Below are positions 8,811 to 17,821 of a stretch of DNA of 36,127 nt, one piece after another (the first letter of the stretch is position 1; each line of letters starts with the position of its first letter). The stretch covers positions 1 to 36,127 of the forward strand of contig JAPWUW010000003.1 in NCBI GenBank assembly GCA_028275325.1. Reading direction: 5' to 3'. A program made the position numbers and the translations under genes. The stretch comes from Anaerolineae bacterium. Its GTDB lineage: Bacteria; Chloroflexota; Anaerolineae; DRVO01. The notes beneath the pieces are model-generated. The model did no database searches and had not been told where the DNA came from. It saw only the letters and a list, made by a program, of their open reading frames with translations.

Positions 8811-10211
8811 CTATACCATGACCACCTCGATGCCAACGAACTGGCAGAATTGAGCCAGGACCTCCGTCACATCTCCGTGGATCATACTAGCATGGTGCAC
8901 AAAACCTTCTTCGACAAGGGTCCGGTATAGTCGCTCCAGATCCGCCACCTTCACCCAGGACCAGGACCCACGCAGATTGCGCTCATCGGGGATAATCTCG
9001 CCCTTGGTGATGAGCATCTTGAAGCAGTTGTCGTACTCGGCCAGCCGGCTCAGCGTGACCACTCCCGGGGCAAGCTGAAACTCGCTTGTGCCCTGCCCGG
9101 CTGTGCCGCTGAACTGCCCGCCCAGGATGCTATGAGTCCGCAGGCGCGGCTGGCACCCCGGTGCAGCCAGGCACACAGGCGCGTTGCCGCAGTGCCAGGC
9201 CAGAAACACATTCTCCAGCTCCTGGTGCTGGATCGTCCAGTCGATGAAGTGTGGCACGCTGGTGCGCCGCGCCGCCTCATACTGGGCGAGCATCGTCAGG
9301 GCACCATAGATGTCCACCTCGCAGGCCGTCATGAACCCCTGCTCGGTCAGCCGGCCCATGGCTGTGCACGGGGTGACGCCGTAATCGGCCTGGATGGTCG
9401 TCCAGCACTGCAAGCCGAGCGCCTTGAGCTTCTTGCTTCTGGCAAATTGCAGAAGCGCAGCCTCAAGCTTGGCTAGCCGCAGCAAGGTCTCTCTCGCTGC
9501 CTCCGATGTATCTTCGCGAGCCGCGAGCTCGGCAACGATCCGCTGCACGTGCGGATCGTCATCGGCTAGGGAGCGTGCGGCCATGAAAATCTCAGAAAGG
9601 GAGACAGGCACCAAACGCTGGCCAAAATTCTGAATCATGGCCACTTCATCGCACGCGCACGTCTCGAAGCGCTCCGGCCGCGGCCCCACCAAGCCAACTC
9701 GCGCGCCGATGAAGTTGCTCACTGCATTGCAGGTGGCCGCGAAGCGCTCCAGCTCCGCAAGGAAACGCGGTTCCTCCGGGAAGAGAACTCCCGCGAAGGT
9801 GAATGGGATGCGCCGCCGGTACAACCCAGAAGCGATCGAAAGTGTGCCGCAAAACGAATCCGACCGGCGGCCTCCGTCTGGCAAGAAACTACCTTCCTTC
9901 GTGCCAAAGAGGAGCACTGGCTTACCAGGCAGTGCCGCTGCCACTGCCACAGCCGAGACCTCATCGCCAAAAGTCATGGCGCCGATCACAACTCCCTGCA
10001 CCTGTTCCCGGCGGAAAAGCTCAGTGACCCGCTCGGCGTCCTCGTCGTCGCGCACCAGGCCCCCAGGCGTCAGGGCCTCATCAGGCACGACGATCTGCAC
10101 AGAATTCAGCCGCGCCATGGCGGTAAGGCAGCGACGCCGCATGTCCTTGGCCCACTCCTCATCAAAGGGGACGCGATGCGCAGGCACAAAACCCAACTTC
10201 ACCATTTCCAT
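8811..10211 (-). CDS. L-fucose/L-arabinose isomerase family protein
   Basis: TFGDE, RRSDSFCG, LQCW, ACEVDIYGA, WHCGNAP and GFVHHASM. ATG at 10211 with GGAGG RBS. Confidence 0.88.
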   Translation of the reverse strand: MEMVKLGFVPAHRVPFDEEWAKDMRRRCLTAMARLNSVQIVVPDEALTPGGLVRDDEDAERVTELFRREQVQGVVIGAMTFGDEVSAVAVAAALPGKPVLLFGTKEGSFLPDGGRRSDSFCGTLSIASGLYRRRIPFTFAGVLFPEEPRFLAELERFAATCNAVSNFIGARVGLVGPRPERFETCACDEVAMIQNFGQRLVPVSLSEIFMAARSLADDDPHVQRIVAELAAREDTSEAARETLLRLAKLEAALLQFARSKKLKALGLQCWTTIQADYGVTPCTAMGRLTEQGFMTACEVDIYGALTMLAQYEAARRTSVPHFIDWTIQHQELENVFLAWHCGNAPVCLAAPGCQPRLRTHSILGGQFSGTAGQGTSEFQLAPGVVTLSRLAEYDNCFKMLITKGEIIPDERNLRGSWSWVKVADLERLYRTLVEEGFVHHASMIHGDVTEVLAQFCQFVGIEVVMV

Positions 10212-10257
10212 TGGCTCATCCCTCCGTACGGCGCACACGATGGAATTCTCTCCAGCG

Positions 10258-10285
10258 ATTCTACCACGCGGCCATGGGCCTACAA
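10258..10285 (-). promoter_or_regulatory. Putative promoter for the sugar isomerase gene
   Basis: TTGTAG-N16-TAGAAT with extended -10 (TGG TAGAAT). Confidence 0.4.
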
Positions 10286-10290
10286 GCCGT

Positions 10291-11418
10291 TCAGCCACCT
10301 GGAAGGATTGGCCGGCCCTGCAGCCAGCGGACAATGTCCAGGTACGAGACAACCAGCATTAGCGCGATGAGCGCCACCATCCCGATGAAGTGCACCAAGG
10401 CCTCTCGCTCTGGCGGCACGCGCCTGCCTCCGCGCAGCCACTCCGCGACAACAAACGCTATGCGCCCACCATCGAGAGCGGGCAGTGGCAACAGGTTGAG
10501 CAATGCGAAGTTCAGGCTGAGAAAGCCGGTGAAATCCAAGAACGGCAACCAACCGCTGCGCACGACCTCCCCGGTGAGCCGAGCAATCCCAACCGGCCCT
10601 GAGAGCGCACCCTCCGGCACTGGAGCAGCCCGCGTGAAGAGCGCCAGCACCATCTGGCCCAACCCCTGCGCCAAGGCCCCAATTAGGAGCAGCGCTCGCT
10701 CCACGCCGAGCCAGGCCGCCTTCAAAAGGCCGACCCTCTGTATGACCACCCCCTCTACCTCGCCAATCGTTATCGTCACCCCCATTGGACCCTGCCCGTG
10801 GGGGATCTCCTCTCTGGTGCGGGGCCGCACCTGCACACTCGCCCTCTTGCCTGCCCTCTCCACGACCACCGTCACTTCCCTGCCCAGGTTCTGGAGCGTC
10901 GCCTGCTGCACGGCGCTCAGGCTGCGCACTTCCACCTCGCCAATCGACAGCAAGACATCGCCTGGCTGCAAGCCTGCCAGCTCGGCAGGGGAGCCAGGAG
11001 CCACTCCCTCGACCACCACGGGCCCCACCGGCTCCGGGATGCCACTAGCAAAGAGAGCTCCGTAGAGCACAACCGCAACGACCAAGTTCATGGCGGGGCC
11101 GCTTGCAAAGACAAGAAAGCGTTGCCATCCTTTCTTGCTCACCAGGCTGCCTGGCTCGTTCGGCTCTCCACTCTCCCCCGCCAGGCGAACAAAACCGCCA
11201 AAGGGCAGCCAGTTCAGAGTGACCTTGACGCCACGGTGTTCAAAGAGCACGAGCAACCGCGGGGGATAACCGAGGCCAAATTCCTCCACCCGCACCCCCA
11301 CAAGCAGGGCCGCCAGGAAGTGCCCGAGCTCGTGGAAGAAGACGAGCACACTGAGCATGGGGATGACGGCAAGCCATTCCCATCCCGAAAGCCACTGCCA
11401 GCCCGCAGCCAAGCTCAC
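10291..11418 (-). CDS. rseP: RIP metalloprotease RseP (M50) with PDZ domain
   Basis: HELGH, FGLGYPP, LPFGGFVRL, SGPAMN, PDZ (GSPAELAGLQPGD), GPVGI and NLLPLPALDGG. GTG start after GGAGG. Confidence 0.92.
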   Translation of the reverse strand: MSLAAGWQWLSGWEWLAVIPMLSVLVFFHELGHFLAALLVGVRVEEFGLGYPPRLLVLFEHRGVKVTLNWLPFGGFVRLAGESGEPNEPGSLVSKKGWQRFLVFASGPAMNLVVAVVLYGALFASGIPEPVGPVVVEGVAPGSPAELAGLQPGDVLLSIGEVEVRSLSAVQQATLQNLGREVTVVVERAGKRASVQVRPRTREEIPHGQGPMGVTITIGEVEGVVIQRVGLLKAAWLGVERALLLIGALAQGLGQMVLALFTRAAPVPEGALSGPVGIARLTGEVVRSGWLPFLDFTGFLSLNFALLNLLPLPALDGGRIAFVVAEWLRGGRRVPPEREALVHFIGMVALIALMLVVSYLDIVRWLQGRPILPGG

Positions 11419-11650
11419 CACATGCCTCCAACGCTTACGCCGCCTGAATGTTAGAGCAAGGGTTATCCGCCAGCAACCCGGCCTCCACCGCGAGACATGG
11501 AATGCGCCACGATGTGTTCCCATAAGTCGCCTATTATGGAGAGGGTTTTGGGAACAAGAATTCACGCTTTGTTCACGCGCAAACCTCTACAGAAAACTGC
11601 CCTTTCTGCCGATACTTGGCACGGAATTGGGGATTCTCCCTCCAGGCGGC

Positions 11651-11690
11651 TTGACAAGGGGACAACGGGCAGCACATGCTTACTGTGCTG
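11651..11690 (+). promoter_or_regulatory. Putative promoter with overlapping inverted repeat upstream of the hybrid kinase gene
   Basis: Perfect TTGACA at 11651-11656; CAGCACA-N7-TGTGCTG at 11670-11690 covers the expected -10/+1 region. Confidence 0.5.
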
Positions 11691-11710
11691 GTCCCAGGGC
11701 AGGTGGAGTT

Positions 11711-14173
11711 TTGAGACGGGCAAGAGATAAGTTTCCCTCAGCGATCGCACGTCTGGCGTTGCGCTCGCTGCTCGTAGCGGCAATCCAGGTGGTGGTTCTC
11801 CTTACGCTCGCAGTATCCACGCCGCGGCTTCTGGAGGAGGCTGGCCGGCAGCTCCTCTCAGGGCACGCGCTGGCACTCAGCGCCCTGCTGGAGCAACGCG
11901 GGCATCTCCTGGCTCACCAGGCGCAACTGCTCGCCTCTGTAGCGGGCGAGCCACAAGCCATTTTGCATGCCGCGGAACGCCTACCAGGGGCAGAGGGCAA
12001 GATTGTCGCCGTTTTGCTGACACCAAAGGGCGACGTGTTAGCCGCTCGCCCTGAAGTCGGCCTCTTTGTGCAGCCGATTGGGCAGCTGCGCGTTGCGCTT
12101 GCCTCCCGGGCTGCGCCCGAGCAGTTCTATACCTTCTTGCATCAGGGCGAGCTCTATGTGGCCGGCGTGGCGCAGCTGCCTGCTCCAGAGGGCGGCTGGC
12201 TTGTCCTCCTGCAGGAGCACGGGGCCTACTTGAGCGAGCGCGCCAGCGAGCTCATGGGGGCACAGATCCTCCGGCTGGCGCAGGCCGAGCAAGTGCCACC
12301 GATATCGCTCGGGCTGGCCGAGCTGCGCGCCGGCTGGGCGCTGGTGCCTGTTCTGGCGCCTAGGCCTCTTGGCACCGCGGCCGTTGCCATCTGGATGCGG
12401 GTGCCCCTTGGGAATGTGGATGACCTCCTGGTGGCGGCTGTCGCTGTGTTTCTTGCAGGCTTCGTCCTCTTGCTTGGCGCGCAAGCGTTGCACGCCCTCA
12501 CGACATACTCCCAGTTCATGCGCCCCTTCTGGGCAACGCTTGCGGCCATGCGCAACTATGCGCAGAGCGGGCAGTGGCAGCCCCCGGCTGTGGCCTTTCG
12601 CGAGCACCAACAAGCCATAGCTGCCATGGGCGCAGCAATTGCTGCCAAGCAGCAAGCTGAGGAAGAGGCCAAGGCGCGCCTGGCTGAGCTCCAGGCGTGT
12701 ATTGATCACATGCCGGCCCAGGTCTTCATCAAGGACCTGAACCTGCGCTATAGGCTGGTCAACCAACGCTTCGCAGCCGCGTTGGGCCTGCCGCCGACTG
12801 ACATCATTGGCCGCACCGATGAAGGCCTTTACGCCGAGCCGCGGGCCCAGCAGGAAAAAGAGCTGGATCGGGCTTGCATCGAGCAACTGCGGCCGCTGGC
12901 AAGCGAAGAGGAGCTTGAAGAAAGAGAGGGGAGGCGGTACTTCCGGGTGCTCCGGGCCCCGATCATCGGCGCGGATGGAGAGCCGATCGGGATTGTGGGC
13001 CTGCGGCTCGACATTACAGAGCGCAGGCTCTTTGAACAGGCCCTGCTGGAGAGCGAGAGAAACCGCATCGCGGCGCGCATGGCAGGCGGCCTCGCGCACG
13101 TCTTCAACAACCTTCTTATGGCCATCCTGGGCTCAGTGGAGCTCGCGCAGCTGGAGCTGGAACGGGGCGAACCCGTGGACGCGGACCTGCAACAAATCCG
13201 CGCCGCCGCTGAGAAGGGCGCCGAGATCAGCCAGCAGCTCCTGTTGCTCGCTGGCCATAGGCCTGGCCCCCGCCGGCCAACGGACCTGAACCAGTTGCTT
13301 CTGGACCTTGTCCCGACCTTGAATGGGCTCCTTGGCCCCAGCATCAGGCTGGAGACGCATCTTGGGCGAGATCTGCCGCCCGTCCTTGTGGATCGGCCTG
13401 CCTTGAGCCAGGCCATAATGCAATTTGCCCTGCGCGCAAAGGAGGCCATGCCAGAAGGCGGCACGTTTTTCCTTTCCACCGGGCTTGGCATGCCGCCCGC
13501 CCGCGCTCAGGTTGGCCAGCCACTGCTCGCGCATGGCCCGGCGGTCTGGCTTTCGTTGCGCGATACGGGTAGCCCAATCCCAGCTGAGCTGCGCCCGTTC
13601 GTATTTGAGCCCTTTGTCGATCTGCAGGCGCGCGAGTACCGCGTGGGTTTGAGCCTGGCCGTGGCCTACGGTATCGTCCGCCAGCACGGTGGCGCTGTGG
13701 TCCTTGAGGAGGAGAAGGGAGGCGGAAACTGCTTCACCATCTATCTCCCGGTGGCCGAAAACCGCGAGGAGCATGGAGGTGCCAGGGTGGCCAGCCCAAC
13801 ATCAAGGACAGCCGGCGCAAGGATCATTCTCGTCGTTGACGATGAGCCAACGGTGCGCAGCCTTGCCGTGCGCATGCTCACCGCTCTCGGCTATGAGGTC
13901 TGGAGCGCCGCGAGCGGCAAGGAGGCTCTGGAGCTCATTGCGCAGAAGGGCCACGGGCCCGACCTTATCATTGCGGACGTCCTGATGCCGGGAATGAGCG
14001 GCACAGAGCTCGTGCGCCGCGTGCAGCAAAGGTACCCGGGCTGCAAGGGGCTGCTTATGTCCGGCTTTGCGGGGGAACTGGAAGCGGATCAGGCTGCAGG
14101 CTTGCCAGTCCTGTGGAAGCCTTTCACGATGCAGGCGCTTGCCGCCGCCATCCGCCAGGCCCTCGGCAGTTAG
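11711..14173 (+). CDS. Membrane hybrid sensor histidine kinase homolog (TM-sensor-TM, PAS, HisKA, degenerate HATPase, REC)
   Basis: PAS (VFIKDLNLRYRLVN..IIGRTD..DITERR), H-box AGGLAHVFNNLL and REC (VVDDE, ADVLMPGMSG, KPF). Start inferred at TTG 11711; the upstream part of the track ORF overlaps rseP and the promoter. Confidence 0.88.
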   Translation: MRRARDKFPSAIARLALRSLLVAAIQVVVLLTLAVSTPRLLEEAGRQLLSGHALALSALLEQRGHLLAHQAQLLASVAGEPQAILHAAERLPGAEGKIVAVLLTPKGDVLAARPEVGLFVQPIGQLRVALASRAAPEQFYTFLHQGELYVAGVAQLPAPEGGWLVLLQEHGAYLSERASELMGAQILRLAQAEQVPPISLGLAELRAGWALVPVLAPRPLGTAAVAIWMRVPLGNVDDLLVAAVAVFLAGFVLLLGAQALHALTTYSQFMRPFWATLAAMRNYAQSGQWQPPAVAFREHQQAIAAMGAAIAAKQQAEEEAKARLAELQACIDHMPAQVFIKDLNLRYRLVNQRFAAALGLPPTDIIGRTDEGLYAEPRAQQEKELDRACIEQLRPLASEEELEEREGRRYFRVLRAPIIGADGEPIGIVGLRLDITERRLFEQALLESERNRIAARMAGGLAHVFNNLLMAILGSVELAQLELERGEPVDADLQQIRAAAEKGAEISQQLLLLAGHRPGPRRPTDLNQLLLDLVPTLNGLLGPSIRLETHLGRDLPPVLVDRPALSQAIMQFALRAKEAMPEGGTFFLSTGLGMPPARAQVGQPLLAHGPAVWLSLRDTGSPIPAELRPFVFEPFVDLQAREYRVGLSLAVAYGIVRQHGGAVVLEEEKGGGNCFTIYLPVAENREEHGGARVASPTSRTAGARIILVVDDEPTVRSLAVRMLTALGYEVWSAASGKEALELIAQKGHGPDLIIADVLMPGMSGTELVRRVQQRYPGCKGLLMSGFAGELEADQAAGLPVLWKPFTMQALAAAIRQALGS

Positions 14174-14189
14174 GTCGGCAGCACGCGAG

Positions 14190-14828
14190 CTATTCTTCCG
14201 GCAGGATCGCGACCTCACTATCCTGCACAAGCTGCGCAAAGCGATGTGCATCGTCCACATCGCCTACGATGCGCCCAAAGTGCATCGGGACAGCAATGCG
14301 CGGCCGAATGCGGGCCACTGCCTGCGCTGCTTCCCTGGCGTCCATAGTGTACGTGCCGCCCACCGGCAGAAGGGCAATATCCGCCTTGATCTGCGCCATC
14401 TCCGGGATGAGGTCCGTATCGCCGGCGTGGTACACCCGCATCTCCCCCAGGGTGATAACGTACCCCACATTTGCGGGCTCCTGCGGGTGAAAGTGCTTGC
14501 CCACGTTGTAAGCAGGCACAACCTCCACAGAAACGCCCTTCAGCGTTAGCCTGTCCCCGACACGCACCACCTGGACCTGCGCGCCCAGTGGCTGCAGAGC
14601 TGCAAGGCAATCCTCGGGCGCCACCACGACCGTATCTGGCTTGAGGAGCCTCAGGACATCTTCGGGCGAGCAGTGATCATGATGGTCATGCGTGATGAAA
14701 ATGAGGTCGGCCTTTGGCTGGTTCCCCCTCAGTTGCCACGGGTCGAAGTAAACGACAAGCTTCTGCGCCTCAATGCGGAAAGAAGCATGCCCCAGCCAGT
14801 GAAAGCCGGGTAACAATTCCGCAGCCAT
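14190..14828 (-). CDS. MBL-fold metallo-hydrolase (UlaG-like)
   Basis: WLGHASF, THDHHDH, YHAGDT, LPVGGTYTM and PMHFG; AGGAGG RBS. Confidence 0.92.
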   Translation of the reverse strand: MAAELLPGFHWLGHASFRIEAQKLVVYFDPWQLRGNQPKADLIFITHDHHDHCSPEDVLRLLKPDTVVVAPEDCLAALQPLGAQVQVVRVGDRLTLKGVSVEVVPAYNVGKHFHPQEPANVGYVITLGEMRVYHAGDTDLIPEMAQIKADIALLPVGGTYTMDAREAAQAVARIRPRIAVPMHFGRIVGDVDDAHRFAQLVQDSEVAILPEE

Positions 14829-15017
14829 CCGCTCCTCCTGCTAGCACCACATAGCAACGACAAGCCGAATTCTACGCGGCCAAGATTCACCGGGCAACCG
14901 CAGTGTGGCCTCACCTTGTGCACCGTGCTGCGCGCTCGCCCCACTGGACTGCACGCCAATACGTGGCGATAATGGGAATTGGATGGTCATGATTCCAGCT
15001 TTCGTAGGAGGTTTCCT

Positions 15018-15458
15018 ATGAAGGAGATCACGTCGGAGGTTGAGGTCAGGGCATCCGCGGAGAAAGTCTGGCAATTATTGACGGATTTCCGAAGCTACCG
15101 CAACTGGAACCCCTTTATCCCGCGCGTGGAGGGCATCGCCAAGACCGACGCGCGCATTTCCGTGCAGACGCAGCCTCCTGGTGGGCGCGCCCTTTCGTAC
15201 CGAGCCATTGTCGTGCGCGTGGTCAAACCCAAGGAGCTGCGCTGGGTGGGAAGGCTGTACGGCATTCCAGGGCTGTGCAACTGTAGCTTTTCCTTCACCA
15301 TCGAGCCCCTGGATGGGGAGCGCGTCAAGGTAGTGCAAAAACAAAGCTACAGTGGCCTGCTCGTGCCGCTGTTAGGGCGGATGCTGGGGGCTGGCGTGCA
15401 GCGCGGCCTGGAGCAGATGAATCAGGCCTTGAAGGAGCGTGCCGAGGCCGCTTCCTAA
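15018..15458 (+). CDS. SRPBCC (START/polyketide cyclase-like) domain protein
   Basis: ASAEKVWQLLTDFRSYRNWNPFI...ELRWVG...MNQALKERAE; AGGAGG RBS before ATG 15018. Confidence 0.88.
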   Translation: MKEITSEVEVRASAEKVWQLLTDFRSYRNWNPFIPRVEGIAKTDARISVQTQPPGGRALSYRAIVVRVVKPKELRWVGRLYGIPGLCNCSFSFTIEPLDGERVKVVQKQSYSGLLVPLLGRMLGAGVQRGLEQMNQALKERAEAAS

Positions 15459-16486
15459 GTTGCACTTCGCTCAAGCAGCCTGGACACAAGTGTGCTGACA
15501 ACATGCGGTGGGCGCGGGGCGAGGAAGTATGGCCCCCGCACACCGCCCCCAAGCAGCAGTACAAATCCGCCGGGGCGGGGCGTAGCCTGGGGTGTAGGTT
15601 CGCTCTCCATGGCAAAGCCCACACCGGGCGGTGCCAGGATTCGCCTGCCGAAGGGCGGCAGGGGAGCACGCCCGAGTTCGCACCCGGCTGGCAACTTGTC
15701 CAAGGCCAAAGGCACATCCTCCGTCAGGCAAAGCGTCGCCCCGGCACAACAGATCTCAGCAGCAGCGATCCCTAGCGCAGCGGGGTTCAGCCAGTTCTCC
15801 ACCGGCATGACGGTGGCGGTACTGGCCATAACGACCGCGGCCGAGCTGAGATCCAATTGCTCCAAGAGCCAGCTGAGGGCGGCGGCAAGCTCGTCCAGGG
15901 CCTGCTCCCAGCGCCGCAGAGCCCCGGACGAGCCAAGAGCTGGCGCCACAAGCTCTGGGTTGCCAAGCTGCCAGTTCAGGAACCACTGTGAGCAGATCAG
16001 GGTGCTCTCCTCCGCGCCGGATAGGCTAAGAGCCCTCTTTGCGAGGGCACGCACAACCGCGCCCACAGCTTCAGAACCCATCCCCGGCAGCCAATCGAGG
16101 TTCAGCCAGTCCGCAACCTCCTGACCTTCTCCTGCAGGTGCAACTGCTGGGCTGCCCTGAGGCAAGGCCCTGGCCAGGATCGCTGCGGCCTCCTCCGGTG
16201 TCCAGATGACTCCACGAGGGCCACTCAAACCCTCCACCAGCACTCCCCACGAGAGGAGCCGTCGCCAGCCACTGGAACGCCCGCTTGCCATGATCAGAAC
16301 GTCGCTTGCGCTCAGGCCCGGAAGCAGCAAGAGCACAACGCGCCGCTCCTTGCGGTGCACCGCTGGGATGGACACAGGTGCCCCGCTGCCGCGCCGCGCC
16401 GTGCACCCAGCCAACAGGCAGCACGCTGCCAGAAGAGCTCGCCTACGCCTGTCGCACTGACAGGAGTGCCTCTCTGAGTTGCTCAA
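15455..16486 (-). CDS. Alkaline phosphatase/nucleotide pyrophosphatase superfamily homolog, lipoprotein, metal ligands degenerate
   Basis: RRRRALLAACCLLAGC lipobox. RRVVLLLLPGL (cf. VVLISLDG), LLEQLDLSSAAVVMASTAT (cf. T.VIVTSDHG) and GFVLLLGGGV...VSTLVSRLL C-terminal pattern. Start uncertain (TTG 16486 chosen). Confidence 0.6.
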   Translation of the reverse strand: MSNSERHSCQCDRRRRALLAACCLLAGCTARRGSGAPVSIPAVHRKERRVVLLLLPGLSASDVLIMASGRSSGWRRLLSWGVLVEGLSGPRGVIWTPEEAAAILARALPQGSPAVAPAGEGQEVADWLNLDWLPGMGSEAVGAVVRALAKRALSLSGAEESTLICSQWFLNWQLGNPELVAPALGSSGALRRWEQALDELAAALSWLLEQLDLSSAAVVMASTATVMPVENWLNPAALGIAAAEICCAGATLCLTEDVPLALDKLPAGCELGRAPLPPFGRRILAPPGVGFAMESEPTPQATPRPGGFVLLLGGGVRGPYFLAPRPPHVVSTLVSRLLERSAT

Positions 16487-17258
16487 GCAACTGCCTGTGG
16501 ATGCTCGCATTGGCAGCAAGGCTGGGGCCATTGCCCAGAACCCACGGCTGCCCATCAAACCCGGTGATGAGGCCACCGGCCTCACGCAAGATCAGTACAC
16601 CAGCAGCCGCATCCCAAATGGCAAGGTTCGGGTGCAAGTAGCAATCCATCCTGCCGCAGGCGATATAGCTGAGCGCCAGCGCCGCCGATCCAAGAGAGCG
16701 CACGCAGCTGCAAAGAGGAGCCACCCTGGCGGCAAGCTGCAGGAACTCACCCATTTCGCCCGAGCTGTACGAAAGCCCCACCCCGAAGACAACCTCCTCC
16801 AATCCACGCAGGCATGGTGCCTCAATGCGGGCGCCGTTCAAATAAGCGCCGTTGCCCAGGACACCGGTGAAGAGCTCGTGGCGCACCGGGTCATACACGG
16901 CGCCGGCCAATGGCTCATCTCCAGCGCAGAAAGCAACTGACACGGCAAAAAAGGGCAGCCCATGATAGTAGTTGGTGGTGCCATCGATCGGGTCCACCAC
17001 CCACCTGAGTTCCCCCATGGATCCAGGGAAGGTACCCTCCTCTGAAACTATTTCATAGCCTGGAAACGCCCTGGATATCTCCTCACACACGGCCTGCTGT
17101 GCGGCGAGATCTCCATCCGTGACGAGATCCCTCGGCGCACTCTTCTCGCTCTTGCCCAGCCGTGGCCGCCAGGCGCGCAGCGCTGCCTGCCCACCGGCTA
17201 TCGCCGCCACCACCGCCGTGTGCGCGGCGCGAAAAAGCAAATCCCTTGGGAATTCCAT
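16443..17258 (-). CDS. suhB: Inositol monophosphatase family protein (SuhB-like)
   Basis: DLVTDGD, SEE, WVVDPIDGTTNY, RSLGSAAL and WDAAAG; GGAGG RBS. Confidence 0.9.
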   Translation of the reverse strand: MEFPRDLLFRAAHTAVVAAIAGGQAALRAWRPRLGKSEKSAPRDLVTDGDLAAQQAVCEEISRAFPGYEIVSEEGTFPGSMGELRWVVDPIDGTTNYYHGLPFFAVSVAFCAGDEPLAGAVYDPVRHELFTGVLGNGAYLNGARIEAPCLRGLEEVVFGVGLSYSSGEMGEFLQLAARVAPLCSCVRSLGSAALALSYIACGRMDCYLHPNLAIWDAAAGVLILREAGGLITGFDGQPWVLGNGPSLAANASIHRQLLEQLREALLSVRQA

Positions 17259-17353
17259 CTGCCCTCCATGCCAAAAAGTGCAGCTGCAGCTCATTTTCGC
17301 AGAGCTCCAGCCGCAGCGCCAGCCTGACCCCGCGCACCAGAGCCAGCCACGCC

Positions 17354-17821
17354 TCAAGCAGCCGCTCCCCGAGTTGCCGCACGTCCAAACAGCTCGCGCA
17401 CATCCTCGGCAGCAAGCAGCCTGGAAAGCGTTGTGTTGATGAAAGTCACCCTGCGGAGCCTGCGCGCGGGGATGGGGCGCGGCAATTCCTCGAGGGGGCC
17501 GAGGCGAAGGCAGACGTAAAGCTCCTGAGAGCGAGGATGAAACGGCTCCGACGGGATGAGCTCAACGCGTCGGCGCAGTTCATAACGGCGCACCTCTGCC
17601 AGGTACCGCACATGCCAGCGCTCAGGCCCCAGTGCGGCGGTCAGGTAGAACGCGACATACCGCGCCGCAAGTGGCCGAGGCGCATGTCTGAGCGGGATAC
17701 GGTACCAGTGCTCCTCGCGAGCGCGGCGCAGGTCCTCAACGTTGTTGACGACCGCAACGAGGACGGCACTGTCCGCTTCGTCGTTCCCTGGCCAGCCATC
17801 ACCCCAGCTCAATTCGGCCAC
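17354..17821 (-). CDS. Hypothetical protein (155 aa), possible PUA/EVE-like nucleic-acid-binding domain
   Basis: VLVAVVNNVEDLRRAREEHWYRIP...YVAFY...HPRSQELY..LGPLEELPRPIP.RRLRRVTFI. GTG 17821 after GAGG; overlaps the uvsE end. Fold assignment is inference. Confidence 0.72.
   Translation of the reverse strand: MAELSWGDGWPGNDEADSAVLVAVVNNVEDLRRAREEHWYRIPLRHAPRPLAARYVAFYLTAALGPERWHVRYLAEVRRYELRRRVELIPSEPFHPRSQELYVCLRLGPLEELPRPIPARRLRRVTFINTTLSRLLAAEDVRELFGRAATRGAAA

Noticed and set aside
11617-11631. Sigma54-like TGGCACG...TTG element
   Set aside because: The TTG is one base off the -24/-12 spacing and the conserved GC is absent.
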